From Glycera tridactyla (Eukaryota), in assembly GCA_965644265.1 (NCBI GenBank), contig OZ286463.1:48112001-48176000 (forward strand): a stretch of 64,000 nt of DNA, in the 5' to 3' direction. The notes under the pieces were generated by a model that was not told the origin of the DNA, searched no databases, and worked only from the letters and a program-made list of their open reading frames with translations. Both the position numbers and the translations under genes were made by a program. Shown piece by piece: positions 43,626 through 57,426 of this stretch. How positions within the stretch are numbered: position 1 is the stretch's first letter; each line of letters starts with the position of its first letter.

Positions 43626-43800
43626 CAGTGGAACCTACATCAGAAGACCCCCTGATGAAAGACTACCTGTCTTGAGAGATCACTTTTTGAAAGCCCTTTT
43701 TATATTCGACATATTCAAATATACCTCCAAAGAGACACCACCTGGCTTGTAGGATCAATATTCGTGTTATTTTGGGTAGTCTCCCATTATAGGACTCACT
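43626..43800. mobile_element. Tc1/mariner-type MITE, right end decayed
   Basis: TA-CAGTGGAACCTA start; GACTACCTGTCTTGAGAGATCACTTTT core. Confidence 0.6.
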
Positions 43801-46800
43801 AATTATCATGTATTGATGCAATTGATGATACCATTATGATGGGGAATGGATTGCTTGGGACTCATTGCTTGCAGACCCGACCATGGCTTGGCTTGGCAAC
43901 TCAACCTATGGCATATCAAGTTGACCTCTGGTGGCTGTGTTTGTGTGCTTTTCCTGTGATAGTAAATTATCAATTTGGTTCCTCATATTTGTAGTTGCTC
44001 TTTCATTTCTGTACTAGTTGCCAGGCCATCTGGTGGTGATCATTGGTTTCATGTTGTTGGTGAGGTACTCGGTTCCATTTGCATCCACCAGGTGTCACAC
44101 TGTATGAAATAGGTCCGCTCTCCCATCTGCGTTGTGGTGTTTGTGTCATGGAAGAAGGTACCAACTGCCGATTTATGCCCCGACAGAAATGGCTTCCCTG
44201 AATGTACATTATTTGTCCCAATGCTGCCCTGTTAGATGTGACTGGACATCGATTAGTTAGGATTTGTCACTTTTTTATTTACCTACTAACATGTGGAAAA
44301 TTTCCAGACATCCCTGAACAGACAAAATTCCTGCAAATTTCTTGATACAGCCATATGAGAAACATCACGCATGTTACCCAAGTATTGTAACTTTTTGTAT
44401 GCGATTTTGCTGCCATAGAAAATCTATGGAGACTTAAATGTGAAGTTACCTTTAACAGTGACATGGTGATAAAAAGTGCTCAGACTATGGATACATGGCT
44501 CCTGACTGTGATGTAGAAAAGCATTCTGCGTGACTTCAAACTATGAACAATATAAGCAATACTGGGAACAGATTGAACGTAAGAATTTACAGGAAGGTAT
44601 TCTCATGTGCAGTGAATGATGATATGACAGCCTATGTTAGAAGCTAGGCCCCCAGTACATTCGATCTCAAGATATTTTTAAGAATAGAGGTCACAAGAAA
44701 AGTGAAAGCAACTGTGGGTTTCATGGATCAGCAAAGATATCCCTCACATCTGGTTGTCAGCAACTGAACTGTGACTGCAACAGAATTATAGTCTCAATAT
44801 TTGTCCAAGTCACTTTTGTGTGAGAGAATGTGGTCATACAATTTGATTGTTGCCCAATTATGCTAGATCCTTTCTCCTGTACAGTCAGAGCGTGGGAGTG
44901 AGTTTTGTCTAGTGTGCTTGTGCTTTGTGTTTGCTTTTGTTGTCCAAGGTTTTAGGCAGTACAGACTACAATAAAATTTCTCTTATTACATTGCAGATAT
45001 TGGATGCCATATTGTAATTTCGTCAGTTTTTCTGTAATCCCATCATACAAATATGTTTGATACCCTAAAGCTCATTCTGAGGTGAGATATTTTGATGTGA
45101 GTAAGCCTCATTTGAGTTATTCAAGACAATGAAGTTGTCCCGAAAAGAACCACCTTGGATGGAAAATCAGATGGCCCCCCATCCAGGAGAAACTATGACT
45201 ACTTGAATTTTGGTGTAAATCATAAAATTGGATGAGCATTTAATGGGATCCACCTTGGACATTTCTTCAAGACAATATCCCATTGAGTACCTAGTGAATT
45301 AACGTGTGTCTATTGGCATGCAGCTACAGTACATCACACTCAAATGAGTGAATAAAGAAGTGTTGATTGTTATTATCATCAAGATTTATAATTTTACTTT
45401 CTGAGTGATTCAGTATGAGGTTGCCAGTTATAATTTTCCTGTGGATAATCAGTTATGAAGCAACAAATTAGCATTGATCAAATCAAGAATTCAACCATTG
45501 AGATTAGACAAATGAATTGGATTGGAAAATCATCATATGGCCATGCTCAGGAATAAATCCCTGAATACTAGTAGAAATTGATGGATGACACCATCCATGT
45601 ATGTTTCACGGGGCTCTTACTTTGTTGCTATATGTCTGACAATGACAAATACATTAGCTTATTGTAATGTATGTATGAATTCATCAGTGATGAGTGAAGC
45701 CTGTGTATAGATGGGATAGAAGCAGGAGGTATGGGAACTGGAATAGATGTGTGTTTCATCTATTTTCATCACTTATCAGGCTGAGCATGTTTCTGGGTCT
45801 TCCATCTCCGTTTCACCTCTTATTTGATTCCATCATTTCGTTTCTATTCTTTTATCACATCATTCTGCCTTCTTTCTTTCTTTAATTTTGTTTTCTTCGT
45901 GTGGGTCGCAGTTCATTTTGAAGATATTGCTACATCGTATTTAGCATTACTCTGGCAGCTTGTGTTTTATTGGAACATTTGTTCAGTTCTCTGGTTATTT
46001 TTAGCTATGTGCAGCACATTTGTGTTTCTGTGTGCAGCTACAACAGGTTGCTGAAGGAAATTGGTTGCTGGCTGACCACTTAGATGTGTCTTGTTCAGCC
46101 ATGGAAATTTAAATTTAATACAAATTATGTTGAGATAACTGTATTTCAAGTGGACTAAACTGTCCCAAAGTTACAAAGAGCCTCCAAGCAATCAATTTAC
46201 ACTGTGGGTCAAAAGCTTCCCTCCAAAACATTCCCCACCAACTTGACAAGTATCCATTTATAGGTCAGAGTAGATGTGGTTAAAAACCACAGCTGCATAT
46301 GATAGAGTAGTTGACTCCCCTTTGTTCATTGATGTTTGGACCTTTGGAGGAAAAGTCATCCTGGTGTATGACCAGATATGAATGCATTATCAAGATTTGG
46401 AAAGAGTGTCATCATATAATTTTGAATATTGATAAAATATCAAAATTTCACAGCTGTTTTTGGATTCAAATAGGCTATCCAATCAATGTGAAATCCATGA
46501 ACATACCTCACAATAGACAACTACGTATTCTCTCCTGAATGAAAGTGAGATGTCAACTATTGTTCAGATTTCGAATGAACGAGTCATGCCATGTGTGCAT
46601 CAGTAAAGTGCCAATTAGGTCCCATTTGATTTCCTATCATTTTAAATAATAGAATGATATAATTTCAAACTTATTGATGGAGTTTCTATATGTCATTTAC
46701 CTGTTATACAAATGCATTCTATGTGAGTCAGGCCAGCAGCCAGCTTCATCACAGGACAATATACTTTGTCTGTTCACTCAAAGATGATTATCATGTCATT

Positions 46801-48168
46801 TGCTTTGATGCCATGGCAACCGTCTTCTATAGTCCCTTATTTAAGACTGTTAAACTCATACTTTTCAGATGTATGTGATACTGACTGATTCCTTGTAGTG
46901 ATGTCATCATGCTGTGTGTATATACTTTAGGAACACTTTATCATTTGTGTTTCATCATGTTTTATAATATTGATGCCAAGATGTTGATTTTGTGAGCGCA
47001 GCCTGAAAGATACCAGTTCTTGTAATCCGCTGACCTTTACGTTGTGGCATATATCCGTGTGCATTATTTCCGCTGGACCCTATCTTTTTCAGTTTGTCAA
47101 CAGTGTCAATGGTTGAAGAGTGTAATCCATTGGTTATTTTGAAGTTTTGATGTTGATTCATCCCTTCTTTATAGCTCCAGAACTCTCCAAACGATCCCAT
47201 TGATTGACTCTCTAATAAGTCATATGTCCACTTCCCACGAATTGTATGATATTGCCATAACTCAATCTGGAGAGAATCTTCTCTTCTCCGAGATCAATTA
47301 ATAAGTGCATATTAGTTTTCCTATATCAAATCTATTATGAGTGTGTGAATTCAGAATAATTATCACACATAAGAGGGAGCTGAAATTCATCAGTATAGAC
47401 AGAACATTTGTTAACACTTAAGCACCTCCCAATAGATAGGATGAACCTTTGTTCAAGCATAATTGCTCCTCAAATTGGTCTCACAATAAAGTGTGACCCC
47501 TCGTGTAAACCCTCCTTGAGTGAGAACACCATACTTTTAGGACCCAACTCCTGGACTCTATGCTTCGATTAGATACCCCCTTGTGAGACTTAATACCTGA
47601 TTTTGCTTTTCCCTAGTGAGTCAGTATTTTCTACCTGTGATAAGAGTCGCATTTGGTTTTTAGGACCTCATTTCCCAAAACACGATTCAGTTTGACCAAA
47701 TCTAATTCCTGTATAACCATTTATGAGAGACTCCGCTTAACACCCTATTTTGTTTGTTCCACATACTTTCTATGAAAGTAGAGTGTCACCATATTCACGA
47801 ATCGCCTAGTCAGTCTAAATTAGGTCATATTGAGAATTGTGATGGAGTGGGAAATAGGACATGAAGGGGATATCAGGGAGTAGTAGAAAAAAAGTCATGG
47901 AAAGGGATAATTTGGAGCCTAGTCACCTGTCACCCCCAGGCATTTGGTCTCGGCTTATAGAAACTGAAAGCTGGTATTCACGAGGCATCACCTGATTTCA
48001 CCGGATCTGATGGACAATCTGTGTATAATCCAACTTGTCAATCACAAATTGCTTGTGTATCAGGAGAAAAATCGGGAGCCTGTGCATCTGTAGTGTTGGA
48101 AGAGATGTTGGTGTGGAACAGGATTGTTTGCTGAGAAAGTCACTGATTTTTGTTGTTATTTGTTTCAG

Positions 48169-48320
48169 GGCTGGGCGGCACCAAGTTCATCTCTTTCGAT
48201 GACCGCCACTGGCACAGTGACTGCTTTGGTTGCTACCGTTGCTCAGTATCGCTGGTTGGCCGTGGATTCCTTACCAACGGGGACGACATCCTTTGCCCGG
48301 AGTGCGGCAAGAACATCTAA
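48169..48320 (+). CDS. Lmpt: Limpet/FHL terminal coding exon (GLGGTKFISFDDRHWHSDCF...CPECGKNI*)
   Basis: tttcag acceptor, phase 1, TAA at 48318-48320; typical FHL C-terminus. Confidence 0.95.
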
Positions 48321-51300
48321 ATTGGTTGGAAAAAGGCAGATAGGCTGCTGCAGCTGTTGTGGTCCACTGCCAATGTTGGCCAAAATGGCTGCTACTGCTG
48401 CAGTCACATGATCAGCATTGCCACTCATCTTACGGCAGTTCAACACCAGCCAATAACATTGCTACTGCTCATGACATGAGAATTATTGATTGAAGTATAT
48501 ACTATACTGATATAACACTCTCACAGTGAGCTTGAAAACCATGTTGAGAGTGTGTAGTTGCTATTTGACCGCAACGAGATTTGGTGGCAATGTAGAGGAG
48601 TGGCTGCTGCATTTGAATATTTCATGAAAAGTGACGGCATTGTGTCCATGACACTGCTATATATATCATCATGATATTTCACTTATTGATCAAATGGGGT
48701 GAATCATCATACTATACTGCTGGTAAAGCAGTCAGACAGTTGTAAGAATGGAGAGGATGGGTACTGGCAGTCTATCAATGTGCCCTTCAAAGCAAACAAT
48801 ATATAGACAAACTTTACCATCTCAGTATCGAAACAATATGCTAATAGCGAAAAGAAAAAGAGAGATCAAAGCTTTAACAAGTAATCTCTGATGGAAGTTT
48901 GCCCTTGCAATATGCGATGCACCTCTTTATGAGTCAGTGACATCTATAGAGAAAGGTCACATGTGTGGGTTGTGGAGACAACAAAATGAGGAAGTTGTAT
49001 TTTCTTTTGACAAACACTGGAATGAATCATCTATGAATGTCATGTAATTGTGACTTTGAATGAACTGTTATACCAGTGTCAGTGATTTATCGATTGTTGA
49101 TTTTATTGGTTTTGTTGAGAATTTGTCTTGGTGCAGTTTGCTGCAGTGAATATACTGTCTATACGTCTGGTCAAAATCAGGTTTTATATCTGAAAGCAAG
49201 CTGGTTTTTAATGAAATTGTGTGCTACTAAAACCAAAGAATCAATTATCAAACCAAGCTTCGAAGCAAAGTCACTGCCCAATTGTCGGTCTACCATTTGA
49301 CATGAGTGACTCAAGATTATTGCACACAGCTAAGCATTTACTGGCAATTTGGGGAAAAGATGCTGCCAACATATTCATTTATTCTTATTATTTTGCATGT
49401 GCACATGGTCTTATATTTATAGTCAGTATGAAATTTTAAAGGTGCTTTTTAAAACTTACATTATGTGGTAGCTGGATACAAATCTCACTGCTGTTTTCGA
49501 AACTTGAAATAACTTTCGTGTATAGATTGAGAAAGCTGGTGGGCAGGCTTGAGCTGCTACCTTTTTTGCATGTTCGTGGAGTAATTGTATAGGAAGCAAA
49601 ATGTGGGTTATGTAAAGTACCTGCTGTTGTAATGAGCTGTTTTGTTTCAGAACTAGGGGATGATTGCTGACAAATGTTGCCTAGGTGTCCGTTCCACTAA
49701 AGAGCAAAGACACTGAGAATTGGAGTAGCGCCACCTAGTTGATTTGATTACAACTGGGTGGATTCAATATGGTTTTTTGAGTACTCCTGCCTTTTGGTGA
49801 AATGAACCTCAGGTCAGTGTCGTGATGCCCTCCCGCTTGTTCAGGAATGGAAGTGTTGATTGAAAAGTTTGTTGATTGAGAGTTGTTATGATGGAAGCCT
49901 TCCATATCGACCACCAATAGATCATCACTGGATATTGAATCTTCAAGTGTCAGTTCAATTTTGGTGCTCACTAGTTTGTGGTGGCGGCCCAGCCTGTGCT
50001 CTAAATAGAGACGCATGCTGGAGAGAATCAGATGTGACTAGGATATTTTTGGGGCATTTTGGTATTCCAGTAGATTCTGGGCATGTTGATCCATATATTT
50101 TCAAGGGATCAAACGTCAAGCATGGAAAAAAGATCATGTATCTTTGATGATCTGATGGTATGTTGAAATGGAAGGGCTTACCACTAATCGTATTGGGTAC
50201 TGAATGCTTTTATTTGTACGCTACTTGCCATTTCAGAGAGGGTGGCTCATGAGTTGTATTTTATTTTTCCCATACTAACTAGGGCCCAGGTGACACAAAA
50301 GGGTACACCAATTGATAAATACTGAATAAATTGATGATACTGATGCAAAGAGCATCTCTTGAATGAAGTCAGAAGAAGGCAGTGGCTATTGATTGGTGTA
50401 TTTAGTGACATATTGGTGTCTGTTCCTACGGTGTGTTTACTAAACAAAACAAAAACCTGGCATGGAGTGCACTGGCGTTGGTACAGGATCATGTATGCAA
50501 GGGAGTTTGATAATATGCTGGATTTCTCATGTGAAGACAATATTTTCTGTTACTCTGACTGTTCATATGGCATCAGCCATCTTGTCTAGCCACACTGCCA
50601 CCTGGTGGACTGTAGCAGTATGATGGTGTCACCACGACATTATAATGCAAGACTCAACTAGATGGCAGTATTCCTGAAGTAGGCAAGCCATTGAAACAGT
50701 TGTAGTCTCACTGCATTGACTGTCTACCATGATATCCTACGCTGTTGAAAAAGTAGGTAGACTTCAACATGCGTGATCCTAAACCAGTATCAGTATGTAT
50801 GGAACCAGGAAACAGCTACAGAGTCTTTCAGTCAAGTTAGAGATGCACCATTTAGATGTGTTGCTTTGTTGATTTCTCCCCCACTTCTCAGTTCAATATC
50901 AAGCCACATCTTTTTTCACCCACCTCACTTCCTGCTGGAAATTTGGCACACACTATAATTATGAGGTCTTGATGAACATTTTGGATACTTGTCAAGTTAG
51001 AGTGAATGGTTCTGGAGGGAAGCCTGTGACCCACCATGTAAATTAACTGTATGTTAGAAACCCATGCAAGTGATCCCAATTCTAGGCTAACCTGTATGAT
51101 ACTTGATCCAAAGATATTGCTCCAGCACCCAAGTTGTATTCATGTTGTTTCTTCCCCCAATCAGTCCTTCCATGTTTGGATGCATGGATCAGAATATCTG
51201 CCGAGGTTACAATCGATGCAAACTCAGTGTGAAGTAACACAACTTATTCAGTAGTGTCTTGGACTACTCAATGCATAGCATGATTGTATCCCCTCAAATT

Positions 51301-53976
51301 CATTAAATTCAGTCATGGAAGGACCTAACCTTAGATCCTATTCCTGCATGATGTTTTGAGTGCTATGTAGATTTTTTGTTAAAGAAACACAAAATACATA
51401 AAAAAAGGAAGAACTCGATGTAAACGTCAACTTTTCATCATCTGTGTTGTCGCTATGCATTTGTTTAAGGTGCTGCTCCAGCGATTGGATCAGACATTCA
51501 TAGCAGATATTAAATTTCTGTTTGCACTGTCATCTGTGCAAGTCATGGAACAAACATAGCTTGCATGTACAGAAATTATTGAATCAGAAATGATTGAATC
51601 AGACTGAGGATATTCTGAGTGGTGAAGGCATATATTCTGTTCTGACTCGCATAGCATGGCTGGATATGAGTGTTCACTAGACAGTGTGAAGAAAAGCATG
51701 ATCATCTGATGGAAAGCAGTAGTTGAGATAATGAAGAGACACTTATGATACAAATGATAATGATGCAGGCTTTGTACAAAGAGGCGTATAACACCAGAGG
51801 TGATCATGATCAGAGCTTGAAGTGAAGGGGCCCACTCAGTATCCAGCCATATGCGGTTAGACGTGATCAATCAGTAGGAATATACTGGACAATTGCATCA
51901 TAGAGATCATCTCAAGAACTATTCAGCCATTCACCTGGAGGATTTATGCACCCAGATTTGATGTAGGTGCTCTCAAATGCCATAGTTATTGGAGAAGACA
52001 GCTGGAGACACATTATAATTATCCATGAACCTGTGCTCCTGCAAAATGGCGTAAAAGTTGCTATTGCATGAATCTGATTGTCAGCCTCCAACATCATCAG
52101 AACACCTAGATGTCATGATATAGCTGTGATGTAATGACATTATCATGCGATGGTGTGTGTGTTTGCTGAGCTGTTGATAGCCAGCATTTGGTGGAAGATG
52201 CTCTGGGACATTTCCCATAACAAGAGCAGTCTTAGTTCAGCATTCTATGAACAGTGTTTGCTGTTTGAGCAAGAGATATTCAATGTATATGCTATATATT
52301 GTAAATATATTCTGCTTTGTTCTGTAGGGGATCTCACTCAGTTCCTCCTTGTTTGTTTTTAGATGCCCCATCCTTCTGCATGTCTTATTGATGAAACTCA
52401 ATTGATCTGTGTTAGCTGAACAATCTGTGGCATGTATTTTGGTTATTTACATGTGATGACCACCCTGACTGGACTATTTCCACAGTCCAAATGTTGTTTT
52501 TTGCTATTTCAATTGTGAGAGGTCACAAGATGCCAGGGGTGTGGCATTTGTGGGGAATTCAGCAGCAGCACTTGAATGTATGGTTTTTTGACACCTTCCC
52601 CATCGACGAGAATTTTCTGTTTTCAGTTGTGCTTCATGTTCTCAGAGGAAAAGAAAGATCTGGTTAGTCACAAAAGCACTGAATTCCACTACTGGAGTTC
52701 TGAAGACTCTCATTCGGATCTGGAAATAGTAGGTGCCAGGATATGATACATCAATGATCGGATGATAGAGAATTGGAATCACTTGATGATTTACTCACTT
52801 GGTTATCCATGAAGTTCCCAACACTTGGGTCATCCTTGGCACCTGTTGATTTTGGCATGAATGTATAAGGGACCAAATGTGACAGGAACTGCAGGATGGC
52901 CCATAGTTTGGTCAAAAATATTGCATTCATCACATCTGAATGCATGATATACCAAATGAAAAGTAGTAAATCCAACCTATACTGTAGAAATGATGAAACA
53001 TGTGAGTGAGATATAGATGTAGCTGTATATGATTCAATACAACCTGCTAAATATCCCCAACTCACTGTACCTCAATTCAAGCTATATCACCCATCAGTTG
53101 GTCATCTTTTACTCTGTCCTGCTGAGTGACCTTTTGGAATTCAATCCCTCCAAATTAATGTCGTAAAGATCAACTCAATGTATGGAGCACATGCTTGGAC
53201 TTCTTTAAGTTCATTATTCTAGCAGTTGTTTACAAATGACGTAATCCAATATCAGTGACGGCAAACTGCACCAACTTAGCAGGACATGGGCATTGGATGA
53301 AACCTGCTTTCATTCCAGGGAACATGGTCCTCTTATCATGGTTTCATGATTACTGAGGTGCTTGCAGCAAGTTTATTGAATGTTTGAAGATTATGACACG
53401 TGTCTGCCGACAGACATTTCTTTAGTGAGAACAAGGAGAGTTTTGTAGATCCTTCCTGATGACCTCAGTCTGACCTGGCATAGAATTCTCACCATATTCA
53501 CCTCCTATTACGTCATATTCCAGTTGTAACCTTTTCTTTGTCAGAAAACTCTATCCTTAGTCCACCCTAAAATTCTCTCACTAGAGAGCGCTTATGTGAG
53601 TAGTACCAGTTGTCATCCAGTAGATGGCACAGTATTGTTGATTAGTTCTGCTACCTGGCACTAGATGTACAGGGAGTTGCCATACAAACATCTATGGTTC
53701 TTGTATAGAAAGAGAAATAAATTTGTTTTGCTTCAATCAGACTTGTGTCGTTCATGATAAATATTCTTCGTTTACACATATTGTTTTTGTCGTTGTTGTT
53801 GCTGCTGCAGCAGATGGTGTTAAAGCTATTAGTGTTCTTGATGATGATGACGATGACGACAACGACGGTGAAAATGATCATGATCATAATAATCACGACG
53901 GTGAATGATGATGATGATGATTATGATTGGTAGTGATATGGGCGATTTTAAAGACACTTCTAAGCTCTTTCTTATG

Positions 53977-54575
53977 TCGCTGATGGTTTGCTGGTAGCAG
54001 ATATTGTCACTGTGCAAAATGCAGGTATTAGGCACACCGGTTCTGGATTACTAGGGCTGTGGCTAGGATATTAGGATGTGTGATGACATCGTACTCATTG
54101 TACTGCGGGCATAGGGCAAGCCATGATTGTAAAGCTGGTGTGAAGTTGACAGTTTGTAATTGTACACATTGGTTGAGTATCCTCCAAACCTAATGCTTTT
54201 CCTAATGTTAAGTGCTGTGCTTTGCGAGAAAAAAGCTTTGCTATGAGTGTTGGCTATGAGTGTTGGCTTCCAGCCAGTTTGCGAGAAAAAAGCATTGCTA
54301 TGAGTGTTGGCTATGAGTGTCGGCTTTCAGCCAGTTACATAGTTAGATACGCCATAATAGATTTATATATAGAGATATGCAGAGTTGGTAGAGGTGTGTC
54401 TGCACTGTCAGCTACTTCCACTTGAGAACCTTTCAGGTTCCCCATCATCATGTGTTCAGGGTTTGTGAGAGTGATGTCTGTAGGGGAGAGAACATGTAGC
54501 TTTCATTAACCAGGAACACACGACATACATAAACCTAGGGTTGATACATGCCGTTAAACCTCAAGCAAACAAAAA
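53977..54575 (+). mobile_element. Near full-length SINE copy with an internal 58-bp tandem duplication
   Basis: Colinear with 55288-55810; weak A-box/B-box-like motifs (TCGCTGATGG, GGTTCTGGA); CAAA tail; TTGCGAGAAAAAAGC...CAGCCAGT duplicated at about 54222-54335. Confidence 0.75.
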
Positions 54576-55287
54576 GACGCCTATAGGCGCAGCGGTGTTC
54601 AGCATCTATGTGAAGTCTGATACCGTTGAAAGTCCACTCCTGAAGCAGTTCAACAGTGTAGTGAAGTTAATGGCAACGGCAGCTGGAATCAATGTAGCAT
54701 GGTCGTAAATCAAGATATGGATCCGAAATCACACCCTGTCAATGAAGGCATCGCTGTCAATTCAAGTACGGCTACTTATTTTCGAAATGGTACTTCTACT
54801 GATGCTGTCATGATGTTGAGTAAGTCAATGGTATCATCAGTGAAGACATGACTATTTATGGCAACAACTTTTGGCATCTGATGATAAAAGTCTTGAGCAC
54901 GATGGCGGCGACGAATATAATAGATGAAGTGAACAGAATGATGACAATATTGATAGCGACAATAACCATCATTATCACTATTATTATCGTGGGTAGGGTG
55001 GGAGTCCAGGGTCTCTATAGGAGGCAGCCACCAATGGGCGCGGGTCATTTTCTTTGAAGTGTTGCCATCGGGGATGATGTGGCCTAGATGTAGCATCATC
55101 CCTTCTTTTATTCTCAATAGATTTTTGGTGGGGGGGGGGTTGAATGAAAACATACCTTCAAATTTTCTGTTATCTGTCTTTAGGCAATTTCTACCAAATT
55201 TACACGATCACCATGGTTTCTTTCTTTTCACCTGTTTTCTATCCCTCTAAGCTCCTTATATCTTCAGCAAAATGGTCTCCGGTGTAC

Positions 55288-55810
55288 GTAGCTAACGGTT
55301 TGCCTATTGCAGATATTGTCAGTATGCAAAAAGTGGGTACCAGGCACACCAGATCAGGGTTACTAGGGCTGATGACTAGGTTACTAGGATGTGTGATGGC
55401 ATCGCACTGCGAGTATAGGGCAAGAAATTATTGTAATGCTGGTTTGAAGTTGGCTGTTTGTAATTGAACACTTTGGTTGAGTATTCCCCAAACCTGATGC
55501 TCTTCCATGTGTCAAGTGCTGCGCTTTGCAGAAAAAAAGCATTGCTATCAGGCTTGGGTGTTAGCTTCCAGCCAGCTACATAGTTAGATCTGCCATCAAA
55601 GGTTTATTATGTATGTTCAGATTAGGTAGACATGTGTCTGAACTGTCAGCTACTTCCACTTGACAACCTTTCAGGTTCTCATCAACTTGTGTTCAGGGTT
55701 TGTGAGAGTGATGTCTGCAGGGAAGAGAACATCTAGCTTTCATCAACCAGGAACACACGGCATACATAATCCACGGGTTGAGACATGCCGTTAAACCTCG
55801 AACAAACAAA
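55288..55810 (+). mobile_element. Near full-length SINE copy
   Basis: TAGCTAACGG head; same body and GTTAAACCTCGAACAAACAAA tail. Confidence 0.75.
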
Positions 55811-56295
55811 TACTATTATTATCATCATCAAGATTATCATCGTTGTTGTCGCCATTGTCATCGTCACCATCACCATGATGAACATAATGATGATAATATT
55901 GATATCGATAAAACCCATCATTATTATCATCATCATCATCATCAGCCTCAACATCGTCGTCGTCATTGCCATCGTCACCATCACCACTGTTCACCACCGC
56001 CACTGTTGCAGCCGCAGCGGTCAGCAACCGCGAAATTAGGATGATCATGATGTTTTTTTTGGAATGGCATACATAGCTATGCCTGTGATTTTCATATCAT
56101 TCATTGAAATATTCAACCATCAAAACGAACAAACATTGTCATCGTCACCATCACCAATGTTTACCGCATTACCACCACCACTGTTGCAGCCGCAGCGGTC
56201 AGCATCTACGAAATTTCAATTACCATGATGTCATTCTGAAATGGCGTACATAGCTATGCCTGTGATTTTCATATCATTTATTGACATATCCAACC
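55811..56295. repeat. (CAT/CGT/CAC)-rich low-complexity tract containing a ~170-bp tandem duplication
   Basis: CCACTGTTGCAGCCGCAGCGGTCAGCA...ACATAGCTATGCCTGTGATTTTCATATCATT twice. Confidence 0.85.
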
Positions 56296-56552
56296 ATCCT
56301 CTCTTGCTCTCCCCGCGCCTTATTTTTCCAGGGGACGACGGTTGCCTCAACAACGATAACTATCATGGCAAAACGGTCAGAGATAGGTTGAAATGGCATT
56401 GCTTTATTGGTTGTAATGTGCTCAGTAATTGAGTCCGTTTCTCATACGCTTTGACATCCTTGATTGCTTGAAATTGGGGTGAAAGTAAGAATCTCTTTCT
56501 CACTATAGTCCAGAAATGACAGGTCAGAAATACAGATAGAGATACAAAATCT

Positions 56553-56558
56553 TTTATT
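56553..56558 (-). terminator. Candidate polyadenylation signal of the - strand gene cluster
   Basis: AATAAA on - strand followed by a GT/T-rich tract; could alternatively be a LINE tail. Confidence 0.35.
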
Positions 56559-57426
56559 GCATACGATTAAACAAAAACAAAACAGATTATACTTGACAAT
56601 AAGCGGTGATATTAAGTGCTTGTGCAAACATATTTTGAGTAGCCTGTTTCAGTTGATATCAGGTTTCACGAAATCCGCTTGTGAAGTTCGCTCATGTACA
56701 CCTCCAGCAAACTCGGCAGTAGGTAAAACACTCTTGATGGTAGGCTGCGATAAGGAGGGATCTTCAGGGTAAATGGCCAATGCGACTCCGCTCATTAATA
56801 GAGGATGCCAGAGATGTATTTCCTCGGAGATCACCTCCTTTCAGACTATCAGACTGTGTTTGGCGACCTCCTCTCTCTGGGCCCTGCATTCTGGTTTTAC
56901 CCTTCAGCCCATTTGCATTCGATAGACACCTCTCTGCAGTACCCTCCAATCAGGGGCTCTTGAGCTCTGCCTGCCCCTGTCTTCCAGGCACTCATTGCTT
57001 GTCAATCAAATGACTTGATGTTCTTTCATACGAGCAGCGTGACTAGTGAGGGCGTGCTGCTATAGTGTGAGTTACCTGCCGATCGTACAATGGCAGCCAT
57101 CACGACTATATTAAACATGTATACAATAAACAAACTGTTACAGTGATGATTTCTCAGTGAAGGTCTGAGACAACCAATCAAAGTGGGGTAGGGGAAATCA
57201 GAACTCAACTTCTATCCAGATCACAACCTTGAGCACACCATTAGGACTGCAGGCAACTCACTGTTCAACATGAATGTTCACAAGGGATCCTTCCATCAAG
57301 TTCATGATATGTCCAGTTCACAAAGTAGTCCTTGTTGCTGTGGAGAGTTTATATGAAAAACTTTAAGTCACTGGCACGTTTTAGTAAATGTACTTCAGTC
57401 TATGGCATTTTTCACTAAAGTTGAAT

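Noticed and set aside
49700-53400. Old LINE relics on the - strand (SLFRAQAG near 50000; ADNQIH near 52075)
   Set aside because: Single short motif look-alikes only; not supportable without alignment to a consensus.
53651-56048. His-, Asp-, Ile- or Met-rich ORFs
   Set aside because: Open in several frames on both strands because of trinucleotide low complexity; no splice or domain support.
56540-57426. SECIS element to recode the TGA in exon C
   Set aside because: Two ATGA...AA...GA candidates were inspected by eye and neither forms the required helix.
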